Of a stretch of 64,000 nucleotides of DNA, positions 51,001-63,249 are shown in pieces. Source of the DNA: Eimeria praecox. Lineage: Eukaryota. Below the pieces are notes generated by a model. The model saw only the letters and a program-made list of their open reading frames with translations, had not been told where the DNA came from and searched no databases. Within the stretch, counting starts at the first letter, position 1, and the number at the start of each line of letters is the position of its first letter. Position numbers and translations under genes: made by a program. The stretch is from assembly GCA_963920595.1 (NCBI GenBank), contig OY986949.1, positions 310,001 through 374,000 of the forward strand, given 5' to 3'.

Positions 51001-54000
51001 CCCCTGTTCATTACTTTGTAGTCAGCCTCACATAATCAGCAAAATGAAGTACTCCTGCAAGGCTAAAACCTACGTGAATTCGACTTCCAACAAACGATAT
51101 GTCCACTCCCTGCCGGTGCAGATTAATAAGCATTGATACTATCTCTGGAAAATACAGTAGGCACTGCAAGGCTTTACACTTTCGCTGGAAGCCTGCTAGG
51201 CTTGCGGCTCACTCCAACACGCCAGATTAATTAGGCTATTGCCTATATGTAACATGTGCTGACGGTGAGGCAAAACGAACCTCCTGTAAAACGAATATCT
51301 GCCATGTGGCTTGTTTCTTGTCAGCATGCATGGCAGTTCCAGACAAATGCAAGCATGATCTGGCACGTTATTGGCCTACCTACCACGCTGATGTACTTGA
51401 GCTCTGTCGCCACTATTCCAAATGATTCAACAGGGGTGTTGGTAGACAGTCCAGCGAACGTGCTGACCAAATAGCTCTCACACACGACACTCGAGCCTAA
51501 AAGGCAGCCACCTAGGTTTTTGAGAGGTAGGGGAAAGCACGGGAAGAAGGCTTTATTTGGGACAAATAAAATCCCCAGTGAAACAATATTTTCAAGATGC
51601 ATGATATAATCCTGCACGTTTTGGTAAGCAGATGTTAAAATGCAGTGAACAGAGTGCGCGTCCCCCTGCTGCCTACAGGGCATTGTCATCAGCAGGCATC
51701 CGCGTCTCCATCATACTACATTGTTAGTCGCACTTTGTGGTCCATATAATACGCAAATGAAACCCTCAAGGTTTTATTGCCTGCTAGACAGTGCCAACGT
51801 GCTGACAATGAAAATGCCGCGTTCGCGTATGCAGGCTCCCGCGAACGCGGCAGAATCACGCAAGGATGCCACAACCCAGATTTGGGAATGCGACTATCGT
51901 CTTTACCTCGTTTCACCTGCCATCCGCCTCGAATGCCTTTAGCCATCATCTGCCTATGCTGCAGCATCGCGCCGCACGCTCCTCCTCACACTTTCCCGTA
52001 AGCGCATTATCTCCCTGTGCTTAGCATAGACAATTTCATCCCACAAACCCTGACGCCTACTATCTACGTATAAACACATTCCAGTCCGGCACTACTCCTC
52101 TTGCGGCTTTCTGTCAGTTTTTGGTGAATGCAGGACCGGGCTGCTATGGAGGGACTTCACAGCTAACGCATCGCAGGAACATAATCTGCCGTCCGACAAC
52201 TTCACTAGAATATGGATAGGAGGCTTTTTGCGGAAAGCGCACTTTCTGTAGAGCATTGATTTACCAAGTATTGGGCTCTACTGGATCAGATGCTTCAATG
52301 AACCACATCCTGATTCCGACGGAGTTGCCACCACTAAGGATATTTCTCCTTTTAATTTATCTTCAAACAGTGAAGTTCCTTTTACCTGGTTGGAGGCGCC
52401 ATTGCCAGCACATACATTCACTGATCTCTATATAAAAGGCAACACAAGCCCCACGAAGCGCCGGGCTAGACGGAAGGCTCATGATAACCTACTACATTAC
52501 TGTCTGCTGCATCACTGTCCACAGTCCTTGTAAGTGAATCCCTCGCCGCCACCTAGGACGTTAAACCTGCCTGATCCAACTTGGAAACAGCGTCGCAGAA
52601 GCTTGGGGTTTCAATTCGGTTACGCAAAACCTTGGACACCCTCGCAATCTTGCTGGTACAGTGTAAGCGAAAATATTCATTCCGGAGCACTCTACCCATA
52701 CGTCTCCCCTCGCAAGCTACCAAGGCGCCACCAACTGTGTTTATTGTTTTGGTCCGGCAGAAAACCCCATAGCGCAGCGTGGCGTGCCTGTGAAACTTAC
52801 AGCCTGTGCAAGTGGCAAGATTTGACGCGCTCTTGCATGCATGCATGCTCTATCTGAAAGGTATAAATGCATGCGACTGTGTCCACCCGCTTGCTTCAAC
52901 ATTGGCGCTCAGTCTCTAAAGTGTACTAGAAATCTGTTCCTTTTTACGCAGCTACGCACTGCCTGCAGCTCCGAAATCCCCTTTCGGTTCGCACCGCAAG
53001 CAGTGTAAACAAGCAGTGTGGCAATGACTGTTGCTGCAACGAGTCATTTATTTCCACCGCTGTCTGTGTAGCCGTAACCTGGCTCAAGGGCAACGGTCCG
53101 CCGGAAGTATCGAAACGCAGCAGCATGCGGAAGTCTCGAGCGGAACATTCTACAGGACGCCCACACTTTGTGTAGGTAACCCCGCATATGCTCACCATCT
53201 AGAGGCATGAGGAATTGTGCTACACATCTAAATGGGCTCATGCAGGCGGTACTGCACCACGGCTTCTAACGCATTCGCAACAAAGATCGTTCAACGCATT
53301 GCTACATACCAAGGACAGACTCTTCAGGGCTGGCCCCAACTGCCAAAGAGTGGTATTTAATATGCCTAAACTGCTCCAGTTCCCCAAAATGTTTCTGCAC
53401 CGCTGTAGCCTCGCCAGACCACTATGCGGATAGAAGCGCCAGCACGCCGATTTAACCAAGAATGGGTTGATGCGACTCACTACCCTATAATCTATGGCAG
53501 CTGCAGCATACTTCCTGCACAAACGTTATGCCGCGCAGTTGTGTTCCGAATAGGTGAGGCCAATACCCAATCCTTCACAATAAATATGCCAACCATTCAT
53601 CAACGCGTAGGCTGACGGACTCGTTGTATAGCAGCCACGCAGCTTGTCATCATAGCAGTGCTGATCCTTGCTTGATCATACTGCCTGCATCACGATATCT
53701 GTGAACTACATGCTGCAGAATTCAGCCAAACTATACGACAATGATACGGCGGGAAACGGCGTTACAGAGCTTTCGTCACGCTGCTTCCGCTTGGCCTCAC
53801 TGGTTGTACCATACTTTTAACCTTGCCAATGAAGACGTGTTTATCATGTCCTTGCCTGGCTTCTACACGTAAAGGCCCGTCTATCTCAACCAAGAAGCAA
53901 CCGGCATGCATTGCTAGACGCCCTAGCCTGCGAACCGTGGGAACTCCCGTATGTACTGGCGCATCGTTTCATGCAGACGCCCTCGCTAGAGCCACAAGCC

Positions 54001-56127
54001 GCTCTGCTGCATCTCCCTGCACAGCGCTGCTTGTTATCCTATACCGGGACTTCAGGCGCCGTACATTGAAAATGCGTGGAAAACGTGGAGGGCACGCGCT
54101 ACAGTTAAAGCCGGGAGGCACTCTGTTGATTCGTGTACCATGCAGCACACAATCGTGCTCAAGCAGAGCGTTCACTGTTCGTTGAGCGGCTACCACTGCT
54201 TGCTACTGCGGTTTATAGGGGGAGGCCCCGTACTGGTAATATGATGCCTCACGGGCAATTTTTCAAGTTTCCGCTGTTCCCCCAAACCCTGATAATTAGC
54301 ATTCCCGATATAGCTTCGCCCCCTACCCTACCGCTTGCCTACATTCTGTGTAGCATGAGGTCGGATTGTACGGCTATTCGTGCGCTGATATTCATATACA
54401 TGCTTTAGTTCCCATACTGCCAATATACCAGCAATGCCTTGCGCAGTCAGAGGACAATGAGCGCAACAGAGTGGTTGACCTGTTCAAGGCTAACGCTATA
54501 ACCCTCCTGAGCAAGCACGCACTTTCTGTAGCAGCATAAATGTGTACTGGATGCTGCAAAGCTGAGCCCAAATGCGCGAGAAAGGTACAGTCAGATATAC
54601 CGTTTGCAGCAGCTTCCACGATGAGCTCAGTTGATCCAATGCGTCATATCATGCTTCCACCGCTGCCAAAGGTGGGAGCCCTTTGCCTCAACTGGCTCTT
54701 AGCCACCAAAACCCCTCCATCGCACTCGGGATGCGAGTGGTAGTACGCGCACACAGCGGCATACCAATCTTCAACCCTCGATTTTGTAAATCGTACAAAC
54801 TCGCACATGTTCTGCAACACCGCTCCGTGCAGAAACCCACGCTAGAGCCGCGGGTGGGATTCTGCTCCATCACCCTCTATTACCACGCCTGGTGTTCTAT
54901 ACAGCACCTCTGAACCATTTGGTCCAAAACGTTCTGAACACCGCACTCTGTACCAATAAACACGTACTTCCTGCGGAGAACGCCTGCCACTGCGCGGCAA
55001 TCGCTGGTTTCAAGCCCCTGTGATGCACAGCTGCCTTCACATTTCGGGTAGATTCTTCAGGGCGTCCTATACAATAGCAAACTCCAGTCTAACTGCATAT
55101 ATCGGTTCTTGTGGTCATTAACTAGAGGCGTCTACAGGCCACTGACATCTATGAGCGTACTGTTGTCACAGAAGTCTTGCAGCACAAACACGTTCGAGGA
55201 TCACAAACGCAGCTTTGACGCCATGTCAGCGTTCCCACCTACAAAGAGCGTGAACTTCCCCAAGTACGCGCAAGGGACGGAACATCCACTGCATACTGCC
55301 TGTGTAGGAAGATACCAGAGTGCAAGTCCAGAGGCAAAACTCTAAAACCCCCATACAACCCACACTCTCTGCATCGGCCGCTTTGAGACTTTCCAGGGCT
55401 GCACTCTCCAAGCGGGTTCCGCAAGGAGGACGCCTAGCGCTCTATGAAGCTCACCAGCCATTCTTAAACACCAGCAAACGCTTGTAAGTCATCCTGACAC
55501 AATATATGTCAAGCTCGCTTACGCCTACATTGGGAGTCCATTTGCCTGCATGGTTCGTGGACAGCCTAACTAACATTCACACAGCAACTGCCACGGATGA
55601 GCGAACTTGTTGCAATGGTTTGTAATATGCCTAATTCAACTACAGCGAGCGGTCAACCTAACCTAACTCTGCACAGCAACGGCTAGTATTCATCGTTCGA
55701 TGCGCAAAACACAGCCAAAAAGGAGAGCAAAGCTGAGCAAAGCTATTGTGCACGTATAGTAAAAACTCGCGAAGCAAATGTAAAGTCACATAATTGAACC
55801 TGGTGTGAGCTCTGTCACGTACCAAAAAGCAAAACCCTGCCTACCGTACTCTTCCTCTCCCACCAGTTCACGGACAAAACAACGGTCATAGACAATCTGG
55901 ATGGCCAATATGACACAGTGCAGCATAGCGACGCTGCTGTGGACATTTGCGAGCCGCCGGGAAGTATGCAACGAAATGCTGTTTAGAAGTGAGGCGTTAG
56001 GCCGCTCCTGGTCCCGTGATGCTCTATGTTTGACACCAGACCACGGCAAATGTAGGCACCCCCCCATCTTCCACTTCGCGGTAGGTTCAGCAAGCGTGCA
56101 CTACAGACAGTACCGCAATCTTACTTC
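30098..56127 (-). CDS. Putative micro-exon gene segment made of about 85 single-codon (3-nt) exons; predicted Ala/Glu/Arg/Asp-rich alpha-helical low-complexity protein (partial; termini not located)
   Basis: Minus-strand AG|NNN|GT sites, given as lowest coordinate and codon in transcript order: 56125 GAA, 55297 GCA, 54968 GAA, 54523 AAA, 54343 AAT, 53682 GCA, 53512 GAA, 53196 ATG, 52960 GCA, 52801 GCT, 52501 ACA, 52243 AAA, 52061 ATA, 50967 ACA, 50717 GTA, 50488 GTG, 50266 CAA, 49973 GCG, 49722 GCT, 49463 GCA, 49208 GCG, 48913 GAT, 48655 GCA, 48311 GCG, 48094 ATG, 47862 GCA, 47588 ACA, 47321 GCA, 47056 GAA, 46858 GCT, 46602 GCA, 46303 AGA, 45986 GCA, 45759 GAC, 45498 GAA, 45257 GAC, 44613 AGA, 43419 GCA, 43015 CCG, 42778 GCT, 42006 GAC, 41706 GCA, 41413 GCG, 41155 GAC, 40855 GCA, 40562 GCG, 40304 GAC, 40004 GCA, 39855 GCG, 39119 AAA, 38865 AGG, 38770 GCG, 38496 CGA, 38229 GAA, 38051 GCA, 37383 GCA, 37123 CAA, 37019 GCG, 36778 GCA, 36534 GCA, 36253 GAT, 35982 GCA, 35840 GTA, 35631 ACA, 35358 CTA, 35105 GAG, 34841 GCA, 34601 GCA, 34353 CTG, 34113 AGG, 33890 GAG, 33648 CGG, 33472 GAG, 32845 GCA, 32593 AGA, 32376 GAC, 32134 GCG, 31834 ATG, 31627 CAA, 31335 CAA, 31037 GCA, 30760 CTA, 30518 TTA, 30245 GCA, 30098 GCA. 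A few may be chance matches and some exons are probably missed in the gaps. Confidence 0.72.
39790..42100. repeat. Tandem repeat with 851-bp period (about 2.5 near-identical copies plus a diverged, shortened partial copy)
   Basis: CCTACTGCCTGATACGTGACGCGCAAATAC recurs at about 39999, 40850 and 41701; the ORF track repeats at 40014/40865/41716 and 40594/41445. Confidence 0.95.
44531..44567. other. Perfect 14-bp GC-rich inverted repeat (hairpin) with a 9-nt loop
   Basis: CGTAGGCGCGGCGG (44531-44544) and its reverse complement CCGCCGCGCCTACG (44554-44567). Confidence 0.85.
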
Positions 56128-58274
56128 CTGTGTCGAAAGAGGCTATTATGCACGCACACCCGCCTAGTATACTAGTATATAGTATAATAATAGCACACTA
56201 GGCAGCTGCCCTGCAGCTGGCCTTCTTCACGAGTCTAGGGAGAGGCAGATCCCAACCAACGTAAACCGCGTCGTCCATGTCCACGCAATGCAAAATCACT
56301 GGGGTATTTGGAGTGCTTCACTGAGTCGGGAACAACAGGGGACGCGTAGCTATGGAACTTTTCAGAGCATACCCAAATGACGCAACGGATTGTGCCATGC
56401 ATTTAACTCGGCTGTAGCGGGATTGGCAAGCCACACGGCTTCAATTGTTGAGCGTACACGGCAATACACACGCCATAGGCCTTCATTGCGGGGTTAGCTC
56501 CCTAGAGTCGGTGGGCAGTGAAACGTTGTCGAACTGCTACCAGACTGCTTCATTGTATGTAAAGCGCCACTCCAGCATATTTTCTTTTTCTTGCCGAACT
56601 ATACTTCACTTAACCCCCAGCTGTCTTGATATCGTGCGTGTATTCACAAACGAATGCACTATGCGCAGTGGGCGGGCTGAATGCCCCGTCACCCTGATTC
56701 AAGGGGAAGCCACACGACTTTACAAGACGCACGGTATAAACAGGCCGCTTGTAGTACTAGCTTATTCTACCTACATCCCCCTGCGCAAACGTGCGGCACG
56801 TGCATGTATACAACTCAAACGGCTGCAAGCACTGCGAAAGCTGCTCGCCCGACCATCTGCCAAGCCAGCAAAGCTGCTCCCAGATAAGACTGCTAGAACA
56901 GCGATGCATGAGCTCTCGTGCCAATTTAGGAACGAATATACAACAAGGGCAAATAGAACACTGCACAGCTTGACGCAGAAAGCGTACTTCGCACAAAGCT
57001 AGTCCAGGTTGATCATCAACCCACGGTCTGAAGTTACGGGCATGCCACGAGCAATATAGAAGAAATAAAAAGGCATTCCTGCTAGCGCATTTCCAAGGCG
57101 GGTCTGAATATAATTTGTCGGTAAGGGCGAAACTATCGTTTGGTAAATTAGGTTGCTCTTGTATCCAGCTAGTCACTGTCACTACGTCAAATTACCCAGG
57201 ATCGCAAAGAGGGGCTCACCCGTAAGCAAGAGCTGACTAAGCAAACGTTCACACACCAACCGTCATACGCTTTTCAGTGCATCACTCCGACTGCTGCGAC
57301 CCATAAATTGACTAATTGCACGCCTTCGTGGGGCATTCATGTAGCTTTATTCACATGGATTGCGTTTTTTAATCTCGAGGAAGGGCAAGGCAGTGCCAGG
57401 GTTGTTCTCCAAAACGCAGATCAACCGCTTGCCTCCTCATGCAGCAAGACGTACAATTTAGCTGCATCCCTTAGGACGATATTGCTTAGCCGGAGCTCTC
57501 CTGCACGATGCCTCTACGGCGATATGGTTTAGCAGAGCAAGATAATGCCGACATACTTCTACAGCCATGGACTTCTTAGGACTGCATCGAACGTTTCATG
57601 CGGACAAACAGCCGTTAGAGCATCTGCTTAGGGGTGAATCCTTCACGAGACGCATTTGCCAGAGGCTCTGCGTCATATGGCATACCATGCAGGATGCATT
57701 AGCAAAGAACCGCTGAATACTGTTCTTCCTTACACACGACAACCTACCGCTGACAGTAACAGCACAAACGCTTGGAGGCGGAGCGTGCCGTTGATAAATG
57801 GTTGTCACTTCTAGAAAAAGAAGGCCCTCCTACCCTCCCACTATTGCATGAATCAACTGGATTTCGAACTCTGCGGCTGGCGGCTCCGCGCTTACCGTCA
57901 TCCTGCGAACTGCATCCGGTAGCAACCCACCATCTGATGCGCAGCAATACGACAAGCTTCATTAAGTTGTCGTGCCCCTCTGGAACACGTGCTCCACTGG
58001 AAAGGGAAGCATCTGCGTAAAAGTGTAACAGAAGGCATCCCTATCAAACCTTTCGCCGTGGATAGCCCAATTCCCCATGAGACCTGGAAATTTTGCCATA
58101 CCGTAGACAAGCTAAAGCCTAAACACCAAGGTCGTGCATCATGGACTGCCGCAGCCACTTCGAGACTTGAGCTCTGCTGGGCATTATATGAGAAGGCGTA
58201 TAAATAGCCTCTGACACTTAAAATTCACACTCAGGCTCTGTGCAACTTCCACAACCTCATCGAGTTGAACTCAC

Positions 58275-61200
58275 GAGCTGCTCAATGCAGTGTCCCACAA
58301 GATCCGCAGATAAGCTCTAAGTGGTCTAGGGCTTGCTTCGTCGGAGACCAGGGAAGGACAGAAGGGCCGTCAAACGTTCCTACTACAGCTCTTCAAGACG
58401 CGCATTCTGGGCTTCTACCTCAACATCAGCCAGATCGGGCACACTCTTGAACGCTTGGTGCACCTGCAGCCTAGACTGCCGGCATCACGGATTGCAGGCC
58501 TATCTGGAAATTGGCGCATCTCTCTCCTCTCAACTACACGGAGATGGAATACCTGAAAGCATGTATGCACTAATTAACGCCCCTCAGGAGATGCAATATC
58601 AAGGGATGCCCTCATTTTGCCCTCTTCTGTTGGAAGAAGCAGTAACTTCGGTGGAGACCAAAGTTAAACGTGTTTACAATTTCCATCTCGAGCCTTAAAG
58701 TGTTCGCCGTCATGTCAACCCAACCAAATGCGGCCGTCGGTTTTAGGATAAGAATTATGTGGGGCAAAGTGTCTAAAAGCAGAACGAGTGAATTTCCATT
58801 TCCCCTACGTCTAGCACCAAGCCATCATATCGCAGCCTTCACTGCCTCGAGGCGCGCTATGCCTATAAATGAAGTCATCCACAGACCAGCCCAGCTTTTT
58901 CCCATGTTATTCCAGCACTACTCTTGCATTTCAAGGAACAAATCTGGAAGCGCACAGCCTGGGGCAATCCATGTACACAGGAGCTGCCTGCTCTTCGTGA
59001 TTTTCCGAAGTAACCGAGCTTTCACAGAGAAGTGCATCGCTGCCGCCTCGACGATGCAGTGTGCAGACGCACTGAGCCAGAAGTCTCATGAGCGCGCAAA
59101 GGCGATTTCAGACCGTCGACTCCTCCAATTCTATAACACATTCTTAACTCTGACTGCATAACTAATCCGAAGTTGGTATGGGGCACCCTTCGATCACAAT
59201 GTGGTCACGGAAAGAAGAATGAGAGGCGGCTGCGACAGCAGTACTGCCCCTTCTGCCAGGCAGCCTGCGTACCCTGTAGGCGTGCTAAGACAGCAAAACT
59301 TTCGGCTTGCGCTGTGAGTTGAGATCGGCTTGTCTAATATGTAACACTTCAGTTAACAAAACTGCCCAATGGCGGCGACGCACATAAAATTACGGATGAG
59401 ACCATCGATCGCGTAAATGGACTTGGAGATTGTTACGGCCCTCAGATGGAGTAGGCGGAGTCTGCAAATAAAACGATACCTTTGCACGTACCCATCGGAG
59501 CCCCCAGCCGCTTAGTGAGGGAAAACCCACCGTGATATCTTATACTGACACTCCACTGTAATGCATGGCTATAGGTCAGCTTCCTACCTGGGGTGAAGCT
59601 GCACGTCCATTCATGTCTACCCACACTCTGGATAATGCCCAAATGGAAGTCACGCCTGAGATTAAGAGCATGCTTATCAAGCAGGGCTCTTTCATATCCT
59701 TTCCACGGCATGGACGTGGCACACAGCACGGTTCCCCTTGTGGCCAACGTCAAGCCAACAAAAAGGCATACTACTACAACTGCTGCTGTAGGCACCTAAG
59801 TAAGGTGCTTCACAGCTGCACAAGTGGATTTCTTACTGATCACTTCTCCCCTGCAGCCTGCCAGCCCTCGGTTCACCGAGACAAAGAACCAACCGTCGGT
59901 TTTGACCTTTCTGGAGAGCAGAAGCCAAGGAACTATAACGACAGTCAATGCAATTACTTCTTTAACCGGTTCCCTTCGGGAGAGGAACAACAGTCAACGG
60001 AATATGCTATCTACTGGTAGCATCTGTTCACCCATGAGTCAATCTTGAGGTCTCATCTCATGGTGGGTTAGACGCGCCAAGAAACACGCAGCTTTTCCCG
60101 GGAGAGGGCACGGAATTCGCACTGCCACAATGAATCTTGCATTCACCGAAGTGTGCTGCCTTCTTGAGCAAACACAGAAGCCTTCCGAGAGAGAAACCGT
60201 AGCCCTCAGTTGTCCTGTCCATCTCTATACAGAGGAGAGCTGGTGCATTCTTGCATGCTTTGAAACGTGACGCACTCGCTGCTCTTTGACAGAGCCCAGC
60301 AGGTCTTCTCTACCCTAGGAAGACGTACATAATACTTCCATAGCTGTGGAAGACAAATGACTCAACTGCCATAGCTCCATGAGCAAGTCCCCGTAAGTTA
60401 GTGACTGTGCTGAGACGGGGCTTGAAAGCCATCTCTGTTCCAGCACCCAGCCCGGTATGCGCGAAGAATACGCCAGTTGTGCTTAAAGCTTGCGCGGCAG
60501 TGCACATTATGCATACGCTCGTCTGCCTGGCTTATGCATGCGGCAATAAAAATCGAATGTCAGGGGGGGCTAGCCTGGCTGTACAACTTCTCAACTGCAA
60601 ATATATGTTTACAGATGCAGTCCACGAAAGCGTCCCTGTCTAATTAGCAGTTATGCGCCACCACCAAAACGCCTCTGGTGCTTCGTCCTTCCGGTAAAAA
60701 TACCGCTGGAATCTACTAATGCGGCCAAACTGGTGTCAAACGTGCTCGTTTTCTCTTAGTGCATAAATGAGCAATCATGCAGTGGGAAAGGACTGCTTAT
60801 CATCCAACGATTTCGAGTCACAGGGTTGCCTTATGTAGCCAAATCAGGTTTGTAAGGCCCAAACTAGAGACAAAACTGAAAGGCAAGAAGCAAGCATCCC
60901 GTAACGCAGACCCATATACCTGCTCCTGCCCGAACAACACTGCAGTACCCGCCAACGAACTCGTACGCGCATTCTTTACGAACAAGCGGTTGACATACTT
61001 CCTGAAGAGGCGCATTACCATGTGGCACATAGCGTTCGTCGGTATCAGCGTCGCTCCACAAACACTTGCATTCGTCCTGCGGCCCACAAGCAATGAAGTA
61101 ATTCGATCAGGCCAGTTCCCCACCGATCCGTGTGAGAGGTCGCTGAAACTCCAGTGACTGGCGTTGTGTCTGGCTCCATGAACAACACAACATGCTGCAC

Positions 61201-63249
61201 ATGCAAGAACATTCTTATTCGCTTGCAGCCGTCTTGACAAGATGCAGAGGCATCTCAAAGCACAGTATAGGCCGGGCTCAGCCAGAATCACTGGCAGCAG
61301 GCGTAAAGAGGTCATTCAATACTCAATACCGGCTGGCACGTACGCAGTTTGCAACCACTGGTCCAGTATGCGTAAATGACAGAATTTACATGAGCTCCAG
61401 AGAGAGGAAACCTAAATCTAGCGCCGCTAGTCGCCTACATCCGGCCTGCCACAGGGCACAAGTGCAATGTTGGTAGTTCGCGTTGCGCAGCGCTGCAAGA
61501 GAAACGGCAGAAAACGTCTGCAACACTGGCTAACAGCAGCAAATAGAGGGTCAGCACAGGTTAGAGGCATAATGCCAGCAAATAACTTTCAGCAGCAATA
61601 GGTACCCACCGTCTATAGTTCAGATGAAGTCAGAAGCAACATTAGAAAATCCCCCGCCACCACATTTACAGCCACTTCTGCCGGGACTCAGCGTCACTTC
61701 AAATATTCACCATTGCGCAGCACTAACGGACGTTAGTAATTCATCTGCACGGTGACGTTCTAGAATGATTTAAGGCGCACCCACATGGATTCGGTTTGTG
61801 AACTCTCCAACCGCTGTGCAGATACAACAGCAGATACACACCCCACGATGCCACAACGTATGCGTCAACAGAGTAATTTTCAGCGCGTGAAAATGTCACG
61901 TTCCAAAGCTAAGCAAGAAGCAAAGGTGGGTTACAGTTCAAACGAAGACACTGCAACAAACGGACATGCAGTCGCACTTATACTTAGTCACTGCAAGCCT
62001 GAACTGCAATCTCTCAAAGGCGCTTCCGTAATTTCCTTGCACAATCAAAGTCTGTCCAAAGGCTGCTGCAGGCTATTACTTTATCTCCCCACATCAGCTA
62101 CGTCAGGTGCGGTATGCAGCAGCAACCCACGGTCTGAGTCAAATTGGCACCATAAGACGGCAGGCGACGGCTTGCAGCGTTGCGAGCCACCGCGAGCTAA
62201 GTATGCTGCATTGTGCACCACAACAAATCGAGCAGCCAAACGCTCGATGACATTCACGTGTGGACATATCCAATCGCTCCAACCAAAATACCACTTTTCA
62301 GCACAACAAACTACTACGCGAGACCAAAAATAGCAAGAATGGAAAAGCGGCGCAGACCAGCCAATCAAGCATAGACCCGGCAGGCTGACCAAGGAGCACC
62401 AAAATATTCTTTTCGTGAGTTCGCTGTGCGCGAACCCATAAAACGGATACTGTGCAACTGCCGTGGTGCCTGGACTATGTTATTTTGCCTGAAGCCTTAA
62501 CAGCCTTCATTGAAGCTCCGCGTTTCCCGCCTGCCCACCCTGTCCCTTCGCTTCTACACGCATCTACAGCCACCACCATCTTCTACAAGCAAAACTTACA
62601 CACTGCAAGGGGTAGAAGCGTGCTAACGCACATGGCTGCATGACGCCCCAAGACGTAAGTCACTGCCACGCCCCGCAGAGCCTATACGCTATGCTAACAC
62701 TCTCGCCGCATCTTCTCCAAAGCCCCGCAGTAACCCCCCACACACGCCAGGTAGCTTGCCGTCCCGGGAAAATGTGGATCGCTCGAAACATGGCCCGCAG
62801 GACCCCAACGGTGCCGAACTATACCTGCAGTTGCATACAAGCCTCCCGCCCAAGCTCAATTGAAGTCCCATGATCTTACACAAAAACCGCCGTCATAAGT
62901 GCAGATGCGCAATGTTTGCTCCGTCGACGCAAGCACGATTTGGGGATTTTCGCAGGGGCCGAACACCTTCCCGCCCTTTAAACCTTCTTTGACGTGCTCC
63001 TTTTGCAGCCCAACCCATGACGCTAAACTTCGACACAACAGTGTGGACGCTGCCGTAGGCCACCGCCAGTATAAAGAAACATTCCCCTTCCATATATGGC
63101 TTGCCGGATTCCCATACACAAACGGCACGTAACGGACGCTGTCCAGCTGAGCATGGACCCCGCGTAGCTGGGCTGTTCACAAGCCCTGACGCAACCTGCA
63201 AACAGATCCCTGACTCAGGCGACTCCGCATCTGCATCTGCACTTACGCG
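58275..63249 (-). CDS. Possible upstream 3-nt exons of the same micro-exon gene, with longer introns
   Basis: YAG|NNN|GTRNG at 63247 CGC, 62600 TGT, 61610 ACG, 60999 GAA, 60276 CGA, 58956 GCT, 58275 CTC. Density is much lower than in the core array and closer to chance. Confidence 0.35.

Noticed and set aside
30098..56127. The recurring plus-strand word GCGTACTGCCTG as a CRISPR repeat or a DNA-binding-protein site
   Set aside because: It is only about 12 nt with about 250-nt spacers, and there are no cas-like ORFs. Its variation follows splice consensus (GTRNG, YAG) with a free central triplet, and I saw it in one orientation only.
31513..59273. Candidate 1-, 2-, 4- and 5-nt exons (e.g. TATG at 31513, GT near 37702, GCAT near 43743, G near 59273)
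   Set aside because: They would break the frame and their numbers look compatible with chance. They are not called without cDNA, though compensating pairs cannot be excluded.
59442..59795. ORF MPTAAVVVVCLFVGLTLA as a signal-peptide first exon
   Set aside because: It starts at GTG directly after TAG rather than at ATG, so it is better viewed as a possible internal mini-exon.
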